Shown: positions 26,791 through 38,069 of the stretch, in pieces | Layout: every line of letters begins with the position of its first letter | How positions within the stretch are numbered: position 1 is the first letter of the stretch | NCBI RefSeq assembly: GCF_030684315.1 | Contig: NC_081369.1 | Coordinates: forward strand, 2,222,689-2,286,688 | Length of the DNA stretch: 64,000 nucleotides | Direction: 5' to 3' | Origin: Stegostoma tigrinum | Taxonomy: Eukaryota | The notes under the pieces: generated by a model | Told to the model about the DNA's origin: nothing | Seen by the model: only the letters and a program-made list of their open reading frames with translations | Databases searched by the model: none | Translations under genes and position numbers: made by a program

Positions 26791-27097
26791 TAACTTATTT
26801 TCTTAATGTGATTTAATATTAAGTTGACTACACAAGTAAATATTTTGTGACTTAGAGTCGAAGCCGTTCTGTTTGAAGTTAACCTAATTGTTTAAAGAAA
26901 TACACGGTCGCTTGACTTATTCGCGTTCAGATATCCTGTCAGGGGTTCAATCCAAAAAGACACTCATGGAGAGGTCATTGCCTGTGCAAATGACTTGACT
27001 GCGCAGAGTCTTTATTTTACTTTTAAAAAGCATCATCTTGACGCTGCCATGCGACCGCATCTGATTTTTTGTTTCTTTTGCGGTTTTTGTCTTGCAG

Positions 27098-27397
27098 TCC
27101 CTCCAATTCCATTGAAAATTACGTCCAAATTACCTGCGAACAATGTATCTGAAACTTTAATTATCTTGTGCAAAACGGCTGCTTTTTATCCAGACAGTAT
27201 TAATCTAACTTGGTACAAGGATGGTGTTCATATGACGAAGGGGATAATGACACTTAAGCACTTGAATTCCAAAGGACTTTATGTGCTTTTTAGCTCCTTG
27301 GAAGTCACACCCGCTGTCCACAAGGTAACCTGTCAAGTCACTCATCGCACACTTCTGATTCCAGTTAGCACCACTCTCTTTGTCTCAAATCGGAAAG
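27098..27397 (+). CDS. VJ-C1 receptor gene 1, exon 3: Ig C1-set domain
   Basis: Long pyrimidine tract with cttgcag| acceptor, donor G|GTGAGC, 300 nt, phase 1-1. C1 motifs LCKTAAFYPDSINLTWYKDG, NSKGLYVLFSSL, TCQVTHRTL. Confidence 0.93.
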
Positions 27398-28156
27398 GTG
27401 AGCCAAAACGTACTGGTAAGAGATGCTTTATGATTTAATCTTGCAGAATATTAACAAACATGCTACTGAAAACCAAGTCCCCACTTTCAAAGCTGTCCAT
27501 GGGTTCCCTTCACTTTTTAAACGTTTAACCATATGTCAACATTTTTAATCCTTTCAATTATGTATTTCAAATCTGCACAAGAAAGGCAGCTTGGAGCAAA
27601 TGATGTAGGTGACATTGTGTGATATGAAACCAGCTCGCAACAGATTATGACTTATCGGTTTCTCGCTTCTATCTTTTGAACGTTCTGAAAGTCTAGTGAA
27701 AACTATGCTGTCCAATGTAGCGTTTGTGTCTGCGTCGAAAATATGAGCAGAAAATAATTCCCATGGATCAATTACTTAAAGAAAAGCTTTATGGAAACAT
27801 TTGTGGCTGTTCATCTCTCAAATAAGACTTCCTTCCTTACCTATTCTCAAATTAATCGATTAGAATATTTTGCGAGACTATTTCTTGCAATAATAGTTTA
27901 CTTGCATTCTTTAAACTATGTTTTAGCTTATCTCTAATTATGAAGATTTACTTTAATCATTTATCCCTGGCAATAAATGTAGTCATGTATTTTCTTAAGT
28001 AGACATTTATTGTCCATTGCACCTAAAGCTTTTATTTAGCTGTTTGCTGTTTGAAAAATATTGTACATTTTGGAAACACAGTTCATCTAAGGAGCATTGG
28101 CATTTGATTATTATTCCCGAATGCAAAAGGATGCTCAAATACCATGATTCAAAAAA

Positions 28157-28477
28157 GGGGTGGTATGGTGGCACAATGAATTAGCACTGCTACCTCACAG
28201 CACCAGGGGCATGGGTTTGATTCCACCCTCAGGTGTCTGTCTGTGAGGAGTTTGCACATTCTCCCCACGTTGGCGTGGGTTTCCTCCGGCTGCTCTGGTT
28301 TCCTCCCACAGTCCAAAGGTTTGCAGGCTAGGTGGATTGGCGAAGCTAAATTGCCCATAGTGCTCAAGGAAGTGTAGATTAGGTGGATTATAGGGAGATG
28401 GATCTGGGTGGTATGCTCTGAGGAGCAGTGTGGACTTGTTGGGCCAAAGTGCCTATTTGCACACTGTAGGGATTCTA
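28157..28477 (+). mobile_element. HE1-like SINE
   Basis: ggtggcacaatgaattagcactgctacctcacagc...gagtttgcacattctcccc...acactgtagggattct. Confidence 0.85.
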
Positions 28478-29364
28478 AAAAAAATGCGCATTGTATGCAA
28501 CAATTATAGCTACAGTGCAGTCTTGCCCATTGCCTTTATTTTATTAGCTGAATAGCAAACAATACTACCCTTTATGGACTCTTGTTAATCAACATGACTG
28601 ATATTTTTATCCTGATATCTTTTTGGAAAATAATTTTCCAGGGATAATTACCCTTCACCCCAAACAGAAGATCATCTTTCAAATCTTCAATCTAATCTAT
28701 TCAGACAAAATAAATTAACAATTAAAATCCCCTGATAAACAACATTTTGTGATGGAGGTATTAATAGCGCAGTGAAATTTAAAATTAGTAATTCTACAAA
28801 TTGTGTATAGATTATGGCACTTTCACAATATTTCCCATGTAAAATTAATTATTCTACAGTTGTGTTGTTCAAATTAATCTGGAGATTTATTATGTTGGAA
28901 AAAAGCAGATATCTTACATTGTAAGAGATAAGCTTCTAACCAGGGCAACAGCACGTAGTTCTTTTGTGACTGATTAAATTAATGAGCTAATGCATTTTAC
29001 TCTCCCATTATATAATTAATAAATAAATAAATATTTAAAGTAAATAAATAAATAATTCATAATTTCCACGAGGAATCTGTTGAGTCCATACAGTTTGTTA
29101 TGATGTATTTTTAAAATTCATAGCTTTAGTTTTCCAGTTTAAAATATGGAATACAAGCCACAGAGCACAAATAATTGCTGATCCATGTGTTCCAGGCTAA
29201 TAGTCTTGATGCTTATCACCTTGCTTATCACCTAATGATTCTGAAATTACAGATCAATTTATTTCAAGCCTGTTCTTGAATATTAAATGCATTTGTTTCA
29301 TAAAAAATGGTTACAACATGCCATCCAGCATAATTCACTAACTACTTTAAATCCTACATTTTAG

Positions 29365-29472
29365 CCCATAGGTTCAACATTCCTTTGATTCCACGTTTTG
29401 TATTGGGTTTTCTCGTGATCTTCATTCTGACGATTATCATTGTTGACCATACCAAATGCCTTAAAGTTGAAG
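29365..29472 (+). CDS. VJ-C1 receptor gene 1, exon 4: transmembrane exon with Arg
   Basis: Acceptor cattttag|, donor G|GTAATC, 108 nt, phase 1-1, in frame with the C1 exon: AHRFNIPLIPRFVLGFLVIFILTIIIVDHTKCLKVE. Absent from the ORF track because it is short. Confidence 0.8.
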
Positions 29473-29779
29473 GTAATCCTTACAGACCAGGATTTTTTTG
29501 CTTTTCAACTGAATTCACTAATCCACAGTTTGTATACAGTGAATATTGAATTGCCAAAAGATTTTGAGGATGCAGAACAGAATATGGAAAATTTCAAATT
29601 ACGATGGAAATTTTGCAAAATTCAACATACTAAATGCTGAGCAAGAATGCAATATATTTATAGCAGTCAATCTGTTTAATTCATTCACTCATTTACCTCT
29701 AGAGTTTCTTGTTCTGAAATACTTCTGAGTACATTTTTCAGCCTACCAGTAGGTTTGTTTTTACTGCTGGCTTTGCACG

Positions 29780-30340
29780 ATGATATGGCTGTTTGACCAT
29801 TTGAAGTGCTATTCATATGCAAAAAAAAATTCTTCACCTCTGCTTGAAACATTCTGCCCCTTCTGTTAAATCTACATCCACCTGGTCATTGATCCCTGCA
29901 TCAAAGGAAAACATTTTTTTTCCTCTCTAATCCAAGCATGCCTTCATAACTTCGTACATCACTATCATGTACCCACTCAATCTCTTCTGCTCTCAGGAAA
30001 ACAATTGCACTCTGTCCAATTTCTCTTCATGGTGATACTCACCAGACCTGGCAACATTATGATATACTTTGTCTGCACATTCTCTAGTGCTATCATATTC
30101 CTCCTTATATGTGGAGTACAGTGCTGCACACAAAACTCTAGCTGTCAACAAACTAACAATTAACACTTTCAGCATAACTTCCCTGTTCTTAAACTCTATG
30201 AGTCAGCTAATATTGGCAAATATCCCATATAGCTTTTTAACCACTTCACCGACTTGCCCTGACACCTTAAGGGTATACATGCATATCAACATCCTTCTGA
30301 TCCTTTGTAGTACCAAATGTAATACCTTTCAACATGTTGT
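29780..30340 (-). mobile_element. Old CR1 3' fragment
   Basis: Degenerate homology to CR1 3' ends (cctggcaacatt..., gtgctgcacacaaaactcta). Confidence 0.6.
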
Positions 30341-30707
30341 CTTGATCAGTCTATTCATCCAAAAACAATAAAAGTTGTGAAAATAAAAGACCATACGGAG
30401 TGACTGGGATAAAGTGGTAGATTTGTGCTAAGTGAATTGTTTATTCCAAAAGTCAATGTCACTAACTGCATCAAGCACCTCCTTTTCCTTTGATCCTGGT
30501 ATGTTCAATGTGCTTTCCTGAAATAATTACGCCAGATATCCAAAGACAAGAATTTTAATTTCCTTGTTTGCACAACTTCTAATGTAACTTGGGAATTTAA
30601 GTTCACCAAAATATATTGTATATTGTGATAAATTGATTTCTGATTAAATCCAAAACTTGTGAACCTCAATTGAAATTAAATATTTTTTGTTTACGCAATC
30701 CGCACAG

Positions 30708-30766
30708 GAAATAACAATGCACATATGGAAAATGAGAACAAACTGACCTGCGGAAACTTAAATTGA
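30708..30766 (+). CDS. VJ-C1 receptor gene 1, candidate cytoplasmic/terminal exon
   Basis: Acceptor tattttttgtttacgcaatccgcacag|; phase 1 gives GNNNAHMENENKLTCGNLN-stop. AATAAA signals occur downstream (~31485, ~31692, ~31900). Alternative tails are possible (see findings). Confidence 0.45.
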
Positions 30767-31085
30767 AAACAAACAACGACATTGCAGCAACATATGATAG
30801 AAACAACGAAAAAAAGTTGGAGCCAAAAAAGACAACTTTGATCAGAAGAAGAAAAATGTCGCTGCATGAAGCAATGAAACATATCCACGCGACTTAAACG
30901 ATGCACATCATCTTTGTCTTTTGTTGTTCCAAATCTTGCTGCGAATATATGAGAATTCATTTGAGTTTGACTTCCATAAATCGATGAGTGCAATTTCCAA
31001 CTTAACAACAAATTCCATGGTTATAAAGTACGCTGCTGTGTTTGAAGAAATACAACTATTCTGAAAGCAGATTCAACTTAAGGTG

Positions 31086-31243
31086 CGAGATGACAAAGCG
31101 TAGAGCTGGATGATTACAGCAGGCCAAGCAGCATCAGTGGAGCAGGAAAGCTTTTCGTCAGCTTTCCTGCCCGTCTGATGCTGCTTGGCCTGCTGTGTTC
31201 ATTCAGCTCGACACCTTGTCATCTCAGATTCTCCAGTATCTGC
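31086..31243. mobile_element. Fold-back Penelope terminal-repeat insertion with 10-bp TSD
   Basis: Two inverted copies of the terminal repeat; acttaaggtg at 31076-31085 and 31244-31253. Confidence 0.8.
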
Positions 31244-32587
31244 ACTTAAGGTGTAATGGTTTCTCTCGTTTGGTAAAGATGAGATACTCGCCGGCTTGTG
31301 GTTCATCTCAAGAACTGATTGCTCTATTTTATGGAAATAGAGCCCTGCCATCTTATTTGCAGGTGTGAACGAGCATTTCATTTAGTCAGTGCTCTGTCAC
31401 AATGTTTTACATAAAATATTTTACCGGTCTAGCTTCTTCTTTATTATTTCTTTGGAAACTTGCGCTTATTTGGCACTGCGCATGAATAAAGTGTAGATTA
31501 ACCAGCTTTGTTTTTTTTCTGTCTTTGCATGTTGCCTTGCAGTATTGTTGTTCTATGTGGAAAATGGTGAACATTATTTTTATCGGTGCATTCGTCATAG
31601 TGATGATGGTCTTCAAATGCAATTAAATCATGCCATTGCTTAAATCGTGATCATTTAAAAGCACCTAACAGGGCCTAAAAATGTCGATTAATATAAAGTT
31701 AAGGCTTTCAAAGTGATTTCGTTCCGATGTTGCTTTCTTCCAGCATAATGCAATTTTGTTCTAGTCATAGTTTAACTGTTTGAATTGCATTCCTTAACTA
31801 ACATTTAAAAAGTTGATTTGCATTCTCACCAATGCCCCGTTCTGAAGAATGGGTCATTTTCAGCATGTTCAACTGTATTATTGAAGCTGCATTTGATACA
31901 ATAAAAGATTTGAGAATGAAAAACATTCAGGGTCACTTTCTATGTCCAATGATTTAATTTCCGTGGCGAAAGAAGCGCTTAGCATTATCCACGTAAATAG
32001 CAGATTGTTATTTCATAATACTAAAGGAATTCTATCTGTTTTATTAACCTGTTTTAGCTCTCAGAATTATTTGAAGCCAGAAAGTCACAATGTTGTCCAC
32101 CATGGTAGTGGAGCTGTTATTTCATGTTCTGAGAATTTATGTTCAAACTGAAGGTCGCTGCTTCCGTTAATTCCACTGTTTGAATAGAAAAATACCCCGT
32201 CCTCGAAAATGTGTTTCCCTCAAATTCAATCTGAAATCGGCAATTTGCGAACATATTCGCCCTGGTTACACATGATGCTGATTTTCAGTACGTCTGAATT
32301 CCACAAGTGCTGCTATATTAACGAACATATCTGCAGTCTCTTAAAATGAAGGCAGAATATTATTGAATTCCATTTACGGTTTGTTTTATTTCCTTGGACC
32401 ATTTACCCCCACTCTTCCACTGTAAATCACACTGCAATATTTCACCTTAGCCTTTCACATGTAACACAATTAACCTGCGTTTAATTCCTATTCTCCATCG
32501 ATGCCCAATGCCATCATTCCTCACTTCACTCGTCATCTCCCTGTCGCCCGGCCCTACTATTACAGACCCGCCCCCACTCTTCCTTTT

Positions 32588-32774
32588 AAGATAACAAAGT
32601 GTGAAGCTCGATGAACACAAACGGCCAAGCAGGATCTCAGGTGCACAAAAGCTGACGTTTCGGGGCCCAAAACGTCAGCTTTTGTGCTCCTAAGATGGTG
32701 CTTAGCCTGTTGTGTTCATTCAGCTTCACATTTTGTTATCTTGGATTCTCCAGCATCTGCAGTTCCCATTATCT
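32588..32774. mobile_element. Fold-back Penelope terminal-repeat insertion with 17-bp TSD
   Basis: Inverted arms centred on gctgacgtttcggggcccaaaacgtcagc; cccccactcttcctttt at 32571-32587 and 32775-32791. Confidence 0.85.
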
Positions 32775-32974
32775 CCCCCACTCTTCCTTTTGTTGGTTTT
32801 GCGTAAAAATATGGTATTTCTAAGTCCCTCTTAGTTCTAGCAGCAGTGAATTAACTAGCACAGCTTCTCTCTCCACGGCGTTTCCCACGAGCGACGTACA
32901 ACACCTTCAACATTCTTGTACACTTACCGTTGAATTACAAGTTGATAATCGTTCAAGTCGATTGCAACTCATGA

Positions 32975-34930
32975 TGAACAGCGATAGTAGGAACTGCAGA
33001 TGATGGAAAATCTGAGATAACAAGGCAGAGAGCTGGATTAACTTAGCACTTCCTGCCGTTGCAGGAAAAAGAGCCGGGTGTGGTGGGGCTGGAGGGGAGT
33101 GTGGAACAGACCAGGGAGTCAAAGAGAGAATGGTCCCTCAGCAAAGCAGATAAGGGTAGGGAGGGAATAATGTCTTTGGTGGTGGGGCCAGATTGCAGAT
33201 GGCAGAAGTGTTGGAGGATGATGCATTGGATCCAGAGGTTGGTGGGGTGGTACGCGAGGACAAGGGAGAATCTGTTTTGGTTGTTGTTGTGGGGAAGGGG
33301 TGTGAGGGATGAGTTGCAGGAAATGCGGAAGACACGATCAAGGGCATTCTTGGCCACTGAATGGGGGGAAGTTGTGGTCCTTGTAAAACGAGGACATCTG
33401 AGATGTATGGGACTGCAATGCCTTATCCAGGGAGCAGATGTGGCAGAGGCGAAGGAATTGGGAATAGGGGATGGCATTTTTTCAGCAAGGTGTGTAGGAG
33501 GAGGTGTATTCTAGGTAGCTGTGAGAGTCGGTGGGCTTGAAATGGATATCGGTTTTTCGGCGGTTGCCCGAGATGGAGACGGAGAGGTCCAGGAAGGAGA
33601 GAGAGGTACTAGAGATGGTCCAGGTGAACTTAAGGTTGGGGTGGAAATATTGGCGAAGTGGACAAACTGTTCGAGCTCCTCATGGGACCATGGTGTGGCG
33701 CTGATACAGTCATCAATGTAACGGAAGAAAAGGTGGGGTTTGGGGCCTGTGTAGGTTCAGAAGAGGGATTGTTCCATGCAACCTACAAAGAGACAGGCAT
33801 AGCTTGGGCCTATGTGGGTACCCATGGCCACCCCCTTTGACTGTAGGATGTGGGAGGAATTGAAAGAGAAGTTGTTGAGGGTGAGGATGAGTTTAGCTCA
33901 GTGGATGAGGGTGTCAGTGGAGGGGCACTGGCTGGGCCTGCAGGACAGGAAGAAGCAAAGGGCCTTTAGGCCATCGGTGTGGGGAATGTAGGTGTTTAGG
34001 GATTAGATGTGGATGGTAAAAGTGAGGTGTTGTGGACCAGGGAATTGGAAGTTCTGGATGCGGTGGAGAGTGTGTGTGGTGTCATGGAAGTAGGTAGGGA
34101 GTACCTTGATCAAGGGGGAGAAAATGGAGTTGCAATAAGTTGGGATAAGTTTGGTGGGGCAGGAGCAGGCAGAGACAATGTGTCGACTAGGTCAGTTAGG
34201 TTTGTGGATTTTTGGAAGGAGATAGAAGTGGGTGGTGCGGGGTTGGGGAACAATGAGGTTGGAGGCGGTGGGTGGGAGGTCACCTGAGGTGATGAGGTTG
34301 TGGATGGTTTGTGAGATGATGGTTTGGTGGCTGGGGGTGGGGTCATGATCAAGGGATTGGGAGGAGGAGGTGAATGAGAGTTGTCCCCTGGCCTCGGCAA
34401 TGTAGAGGTCAGTGCGCCAGATTACAACTGTGCCTGCCTTGCCTGTGGGTTTTATGATGAGGTTGGGATTGGAGTGGAGGGATTGGAGGGCTGCACATTC
34501 TGCGGTGGAGAGGTTGGAGTGGGTGAGAGGGGTGAAGATGTTGAAGTGATCGATGTCTCAACAGCAGTTGGCAATGAAGAGGTCAAAGCAGGGTAGGAGG
34601 CCTTGGGGTGGTGTCCGGGAGGAAGGGGTGTGTTGGAGGTTGGAGAAGGGGTCAGTAGAAGGAGTGTTAGAGTCATGGTTGAAGAAGTAAGTGTGGAGGT
34701 GGAGGCGGCGGAAAAACTACTCAATGTCCAAACTTGACTGATATTTGTTGATGTGTGGGTGAAGGGGGATAAGGTTGAGCCCTTTCATGAGGACTGACCA
34801 TTCATCCTCATTAAGGGCAAGATCTGGGGGGATGATGAAGAGTGGCAGGGCTGTGTGCTCCTGTTTCCTCTGGAGCTTCTGGCTGTGGAGGCAGTGGGCA
34901 GAGCAACGTCAGCATTGGTGGTGGGTCGTG
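32975..34930 (-). mobile_element. Penelope-like element (left arm of an inverted pair)
   Basis: Minus-strand RT/thumb sequence homologous to the other Penelope copies; terminal repeat at ~32985-33040. Confidence 0.85.
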
Positions 34931-36840
34931 CACAAAATCCACAAACATGACTGCCCTGGTTGGCCCAGTGACTCCTCCTGCTCCTGCCCCCACTGAGCTT
35001 ATCATCACCTCACTGGACTCCATCTTCTCCGCCTTAGTCCAGGACCTCCTTACCTACATCCGTGACACCGCCCACACACTCCACCTCTCCCAGAACTTCC
35101 AATTTCCAGGTCCCCAATACCACATGTTTACCATGGACGTCCAGTCCCCATTAACCTCCATTCCCCATAAAGGCCTTCCGCTTCTTCCTGTCCTGCCCGA
35201 CCAGTCCCCCTCCACTGACACCCTCATCAACTTAACCAAACTCGTCTTCACCCTCAACAGCTTCTCTTTCAAATTCTCCCACTTCCTACAGACAAAGGGG
35301 GTGCCCATGGGTACCCAGATGGGCCCAAGTTATGCCTGCCTCTTTGTAGTTTGCATGGTACAATCCCTCTTCCAAACCTACACTGGCTCTAAACCCCACC
35401 TCTTCCTCCTTTACATTGATGACTGTATAAGAGCCGCATCATAGCGCCACGAGGAGCTCGACCATTTCATCTGCTTAACAAACATCTTCCACTCCAACCT
35501 TAAGTTCACCTGGACCATCTCTAATACCTCTCTCACCTTCCTGAACCTCTCTGTCTCCATCTTGGGCAACCACCTATTAACCGATATCCATTTCAAGCAC
35601 ACCGACTCCCACAGCTACCTAGAATACACCTCCTCCCACCCAACTTGCTGCAAAAATGCCATTCCCTATTCCCAATTCCTTCGCCTCCACTGCATCTGCT
35701 CCCTGAATGAGGCATTCCACTCCTATACATCTCAGATGTCCTTGTTTTTCAAGGACTACAGCTTCTCCCCACTCAGTGGTCGAGAACGCCCTTGACAGTG
35801 CCTCCCGCATTTCCTGCAACTCATCCCTCACACACTCTCCCCACAATAACAACCAAAACAGATTCTCCCTCATCCTAGCATACCACCCCACCAACCTCTG
35901 GATCCAATGCATCATCGTCCAAGACTTCTGCAATCCGCTCCACCACCAAAGATATTATTCCATCCCCACCCTTAACTGCTTTCCTGAGGGACCATTCTCT
36001 CTTTGATTCCCTTGTCTGCTCCACACTCCCCTCCAGCCCCACCACACCGGGCTCTTTTTCCTGCAACTGCAGGAAGTGCTACACCTGCCCCCACACCTCC
36101 TTCCTCACCCCCATTCCAGGCCCCAAGAAGACTTTCCACATCAAATGGATATTCACCTGCACATCTGCCAATGTGGTATACTGTATCCATTGTACCCCGT
36201 GTGGCATTCTCTACATTGGGGAAACCAAGCGGAGGCTTGGGGACCTCTCTGCAGAACACCTACGCTCGGTTTGCACTAAACAACTGCACCTCCCAGTCGG
36301 AAACCATTTCAATTCTCACTCCCATTCTTCAGACGACATATCCATCCTGGCCCTCCTGCAGTGCCACAACATTGCCACCGGAAAGTTTCAGGAACCGCAA
36401 CTTATATTTTGCTTGCGAACCTTGCAGCCCAAGGTATCAATGTGGATTTCACAAGCTTCAAGATTTCCCCTCCCCCTACAGTGTCCCAAAACCAACCTAG
36501 CCCCACCCTGCCTCCCTAACCTATTCTTCCTCTCACCTATCCCCTCCTCCCACCTCAATTTGCACCTACATTTCCCACCTATTAAACTCATCCCGCCCCC
36601 TTGACCTGTCCGTCCTCCCTGGACTGACCTATCTCCTCCCTACTTCCCCACCTGCACTCAACTTTCCTGGCTCCATCCCCGCCTCTTTGACTTGTCTGTC
36701 ACCTCTCCACCTATCTTCTCCTCTATCCATCTTCAATTCACCTCCCCCTCTCTCCTGTTTATTTCCGAACCCTCTTCCCCTCCCCAATTTCTGATGAAGG
36801 GTCTAGGCCTGAAACATCAGCTTTTCTGCTCCTAACATGC
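34931..36840 (+). mobile_element. Penelope-like element (right arm; RT + GIY-YIG + terminal repeat)
   Basis: TMDVQS, LNSFSF, KGVPMGTQMGPSYACLF, YIDDC, VYCIHCTPCGILYIGETKRRLGD; CTGATGA...GAAAC core at 36791-36815. Confidence 0.9.
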
Positions 36841-38069
36841 TAACCAAGGTCGCTAACCGATGTTCGCTGACTTCCAAATCCAGTGCCTTTCAATGTGATT
36901 AATGCTAACATTGCTATGAAGTAGAAAATGCTTAATAAATGGAATAGGTCTTCTAGCATCTTAGCAGAGAGAAACAGAGGAAATATTCCAAGGCAAACAT
37001 GGCTTTTCATGTTGTAGGGCAGTCATATCAGACATGAAATGTCAACTCTCTTCTTGCCCCACAGATTCTACCAAACCTTTTGTGTTTCACTGGTAAATTT
37101 ATTTTCTTTTATGTAAGATTTTGAGCATCATTATGATTTTGATTTCATCTGAGTGCTTAGGACACTGCCTCTTCTTTTCTAGTTATGCCCACTTTGAAAC
37201 AGATCCAACTGGAGTTCAGTTGGAATCCTTCAGCTTGTTTACATTCATTACTTTCTATTTTCCTTCTTGTGTTTGATATTTATTTTGCCAAAAGTCACTT
37301 TCACAGCCACATCTTCTCTCACAGTGACTGATCAGCTCTGCTTTACCTCGGACAGATTTCAAATGAAATAACAAGGCTGAAACGTCAGTCTTCCTGCTCC
37401 CCTGATGCTGCTTGGCCTGCTGCGTTCATCCAGTTCTAAACATCGTTATCTCAGATTCTCCAACATCTGCAGTTTCTACTATCTATGAAACAAGTCTTCA
37501 TTTGAAGTTCTATTCTTCATGTTGCGAATCCACGGGTATGTTTGAGGCATACAGCATCGTTCTGACTGCTGCTTCCCTGTATTTTGAGATCCACATTCAG
37601 TGCTATGTGTTACCAAAAGTATTCTCTTAACCTCTGTCTCATCATTATTTCCATTTCATTCCATTTCCAAGCTATACTGGTCCCCAGTTCCATTTTATTA
37701 TTTGTCTCATTTAACTTTTTTAACAAGAAACCATTTCTCTCCAGTAACGACCACAAGTTCCAGAAACCTTGGGTTTTCCTTCACTTCTGTTGAGCTCCAA
37801 CGATTTTCAAACATATTCTCCTGCTCCCTGTACACTCTGACCTCTCTCTTCCTGCTACTGAATGATCTGTTTTCAGCAATGACATGTTCATTAATTTACT
37901 CCCCATCTCAATGAATTTTGGGCACACATTATGTCATTGTTATTGGTAGAAGAGTCATATTGGCCTTGAAACTTTGTTTCTCTCTCCAGAAAAACTTCCA
38001 AAGATGTTGTTTTTCTCCAGCACTTTGTGTGCTGATTTCAAATTTTCAGTACACATGGCACATTGTTAA

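Noticed and set aside
27082-27090. Perfect RSS nonamer (GGTTTTTGT) just before the C1 exon
   Set aside because: No CACTGTG heptamer at 12- or 23-bp spacing; it is part of the splice-acceptor pyrimidine tract.
30691-31011. Minus-strand hydrophobic ORF with splice-like sites resembling a TM exon
   Set aside because: It is the antisense of an A-rich stretch, so several frames look hydrophobic, and no upstream minus-strand Ig exons were found.
31245-31381. Minus-strand peptide SISSLPNERNHYTLS resembling a C1 D-E strand
   Set aside because: After removing the adjacent insertion the frame hits a stop, with no Trp or second Cys motif.
31543-31626. Plus-strand TM-like segment (MWKMVNIIFIGAFVIVMMVF)
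   Set aside because: Only hydrophobic in phase 0, incompatible with the phase-1 C1 donor; 29365-29472 fits far better.
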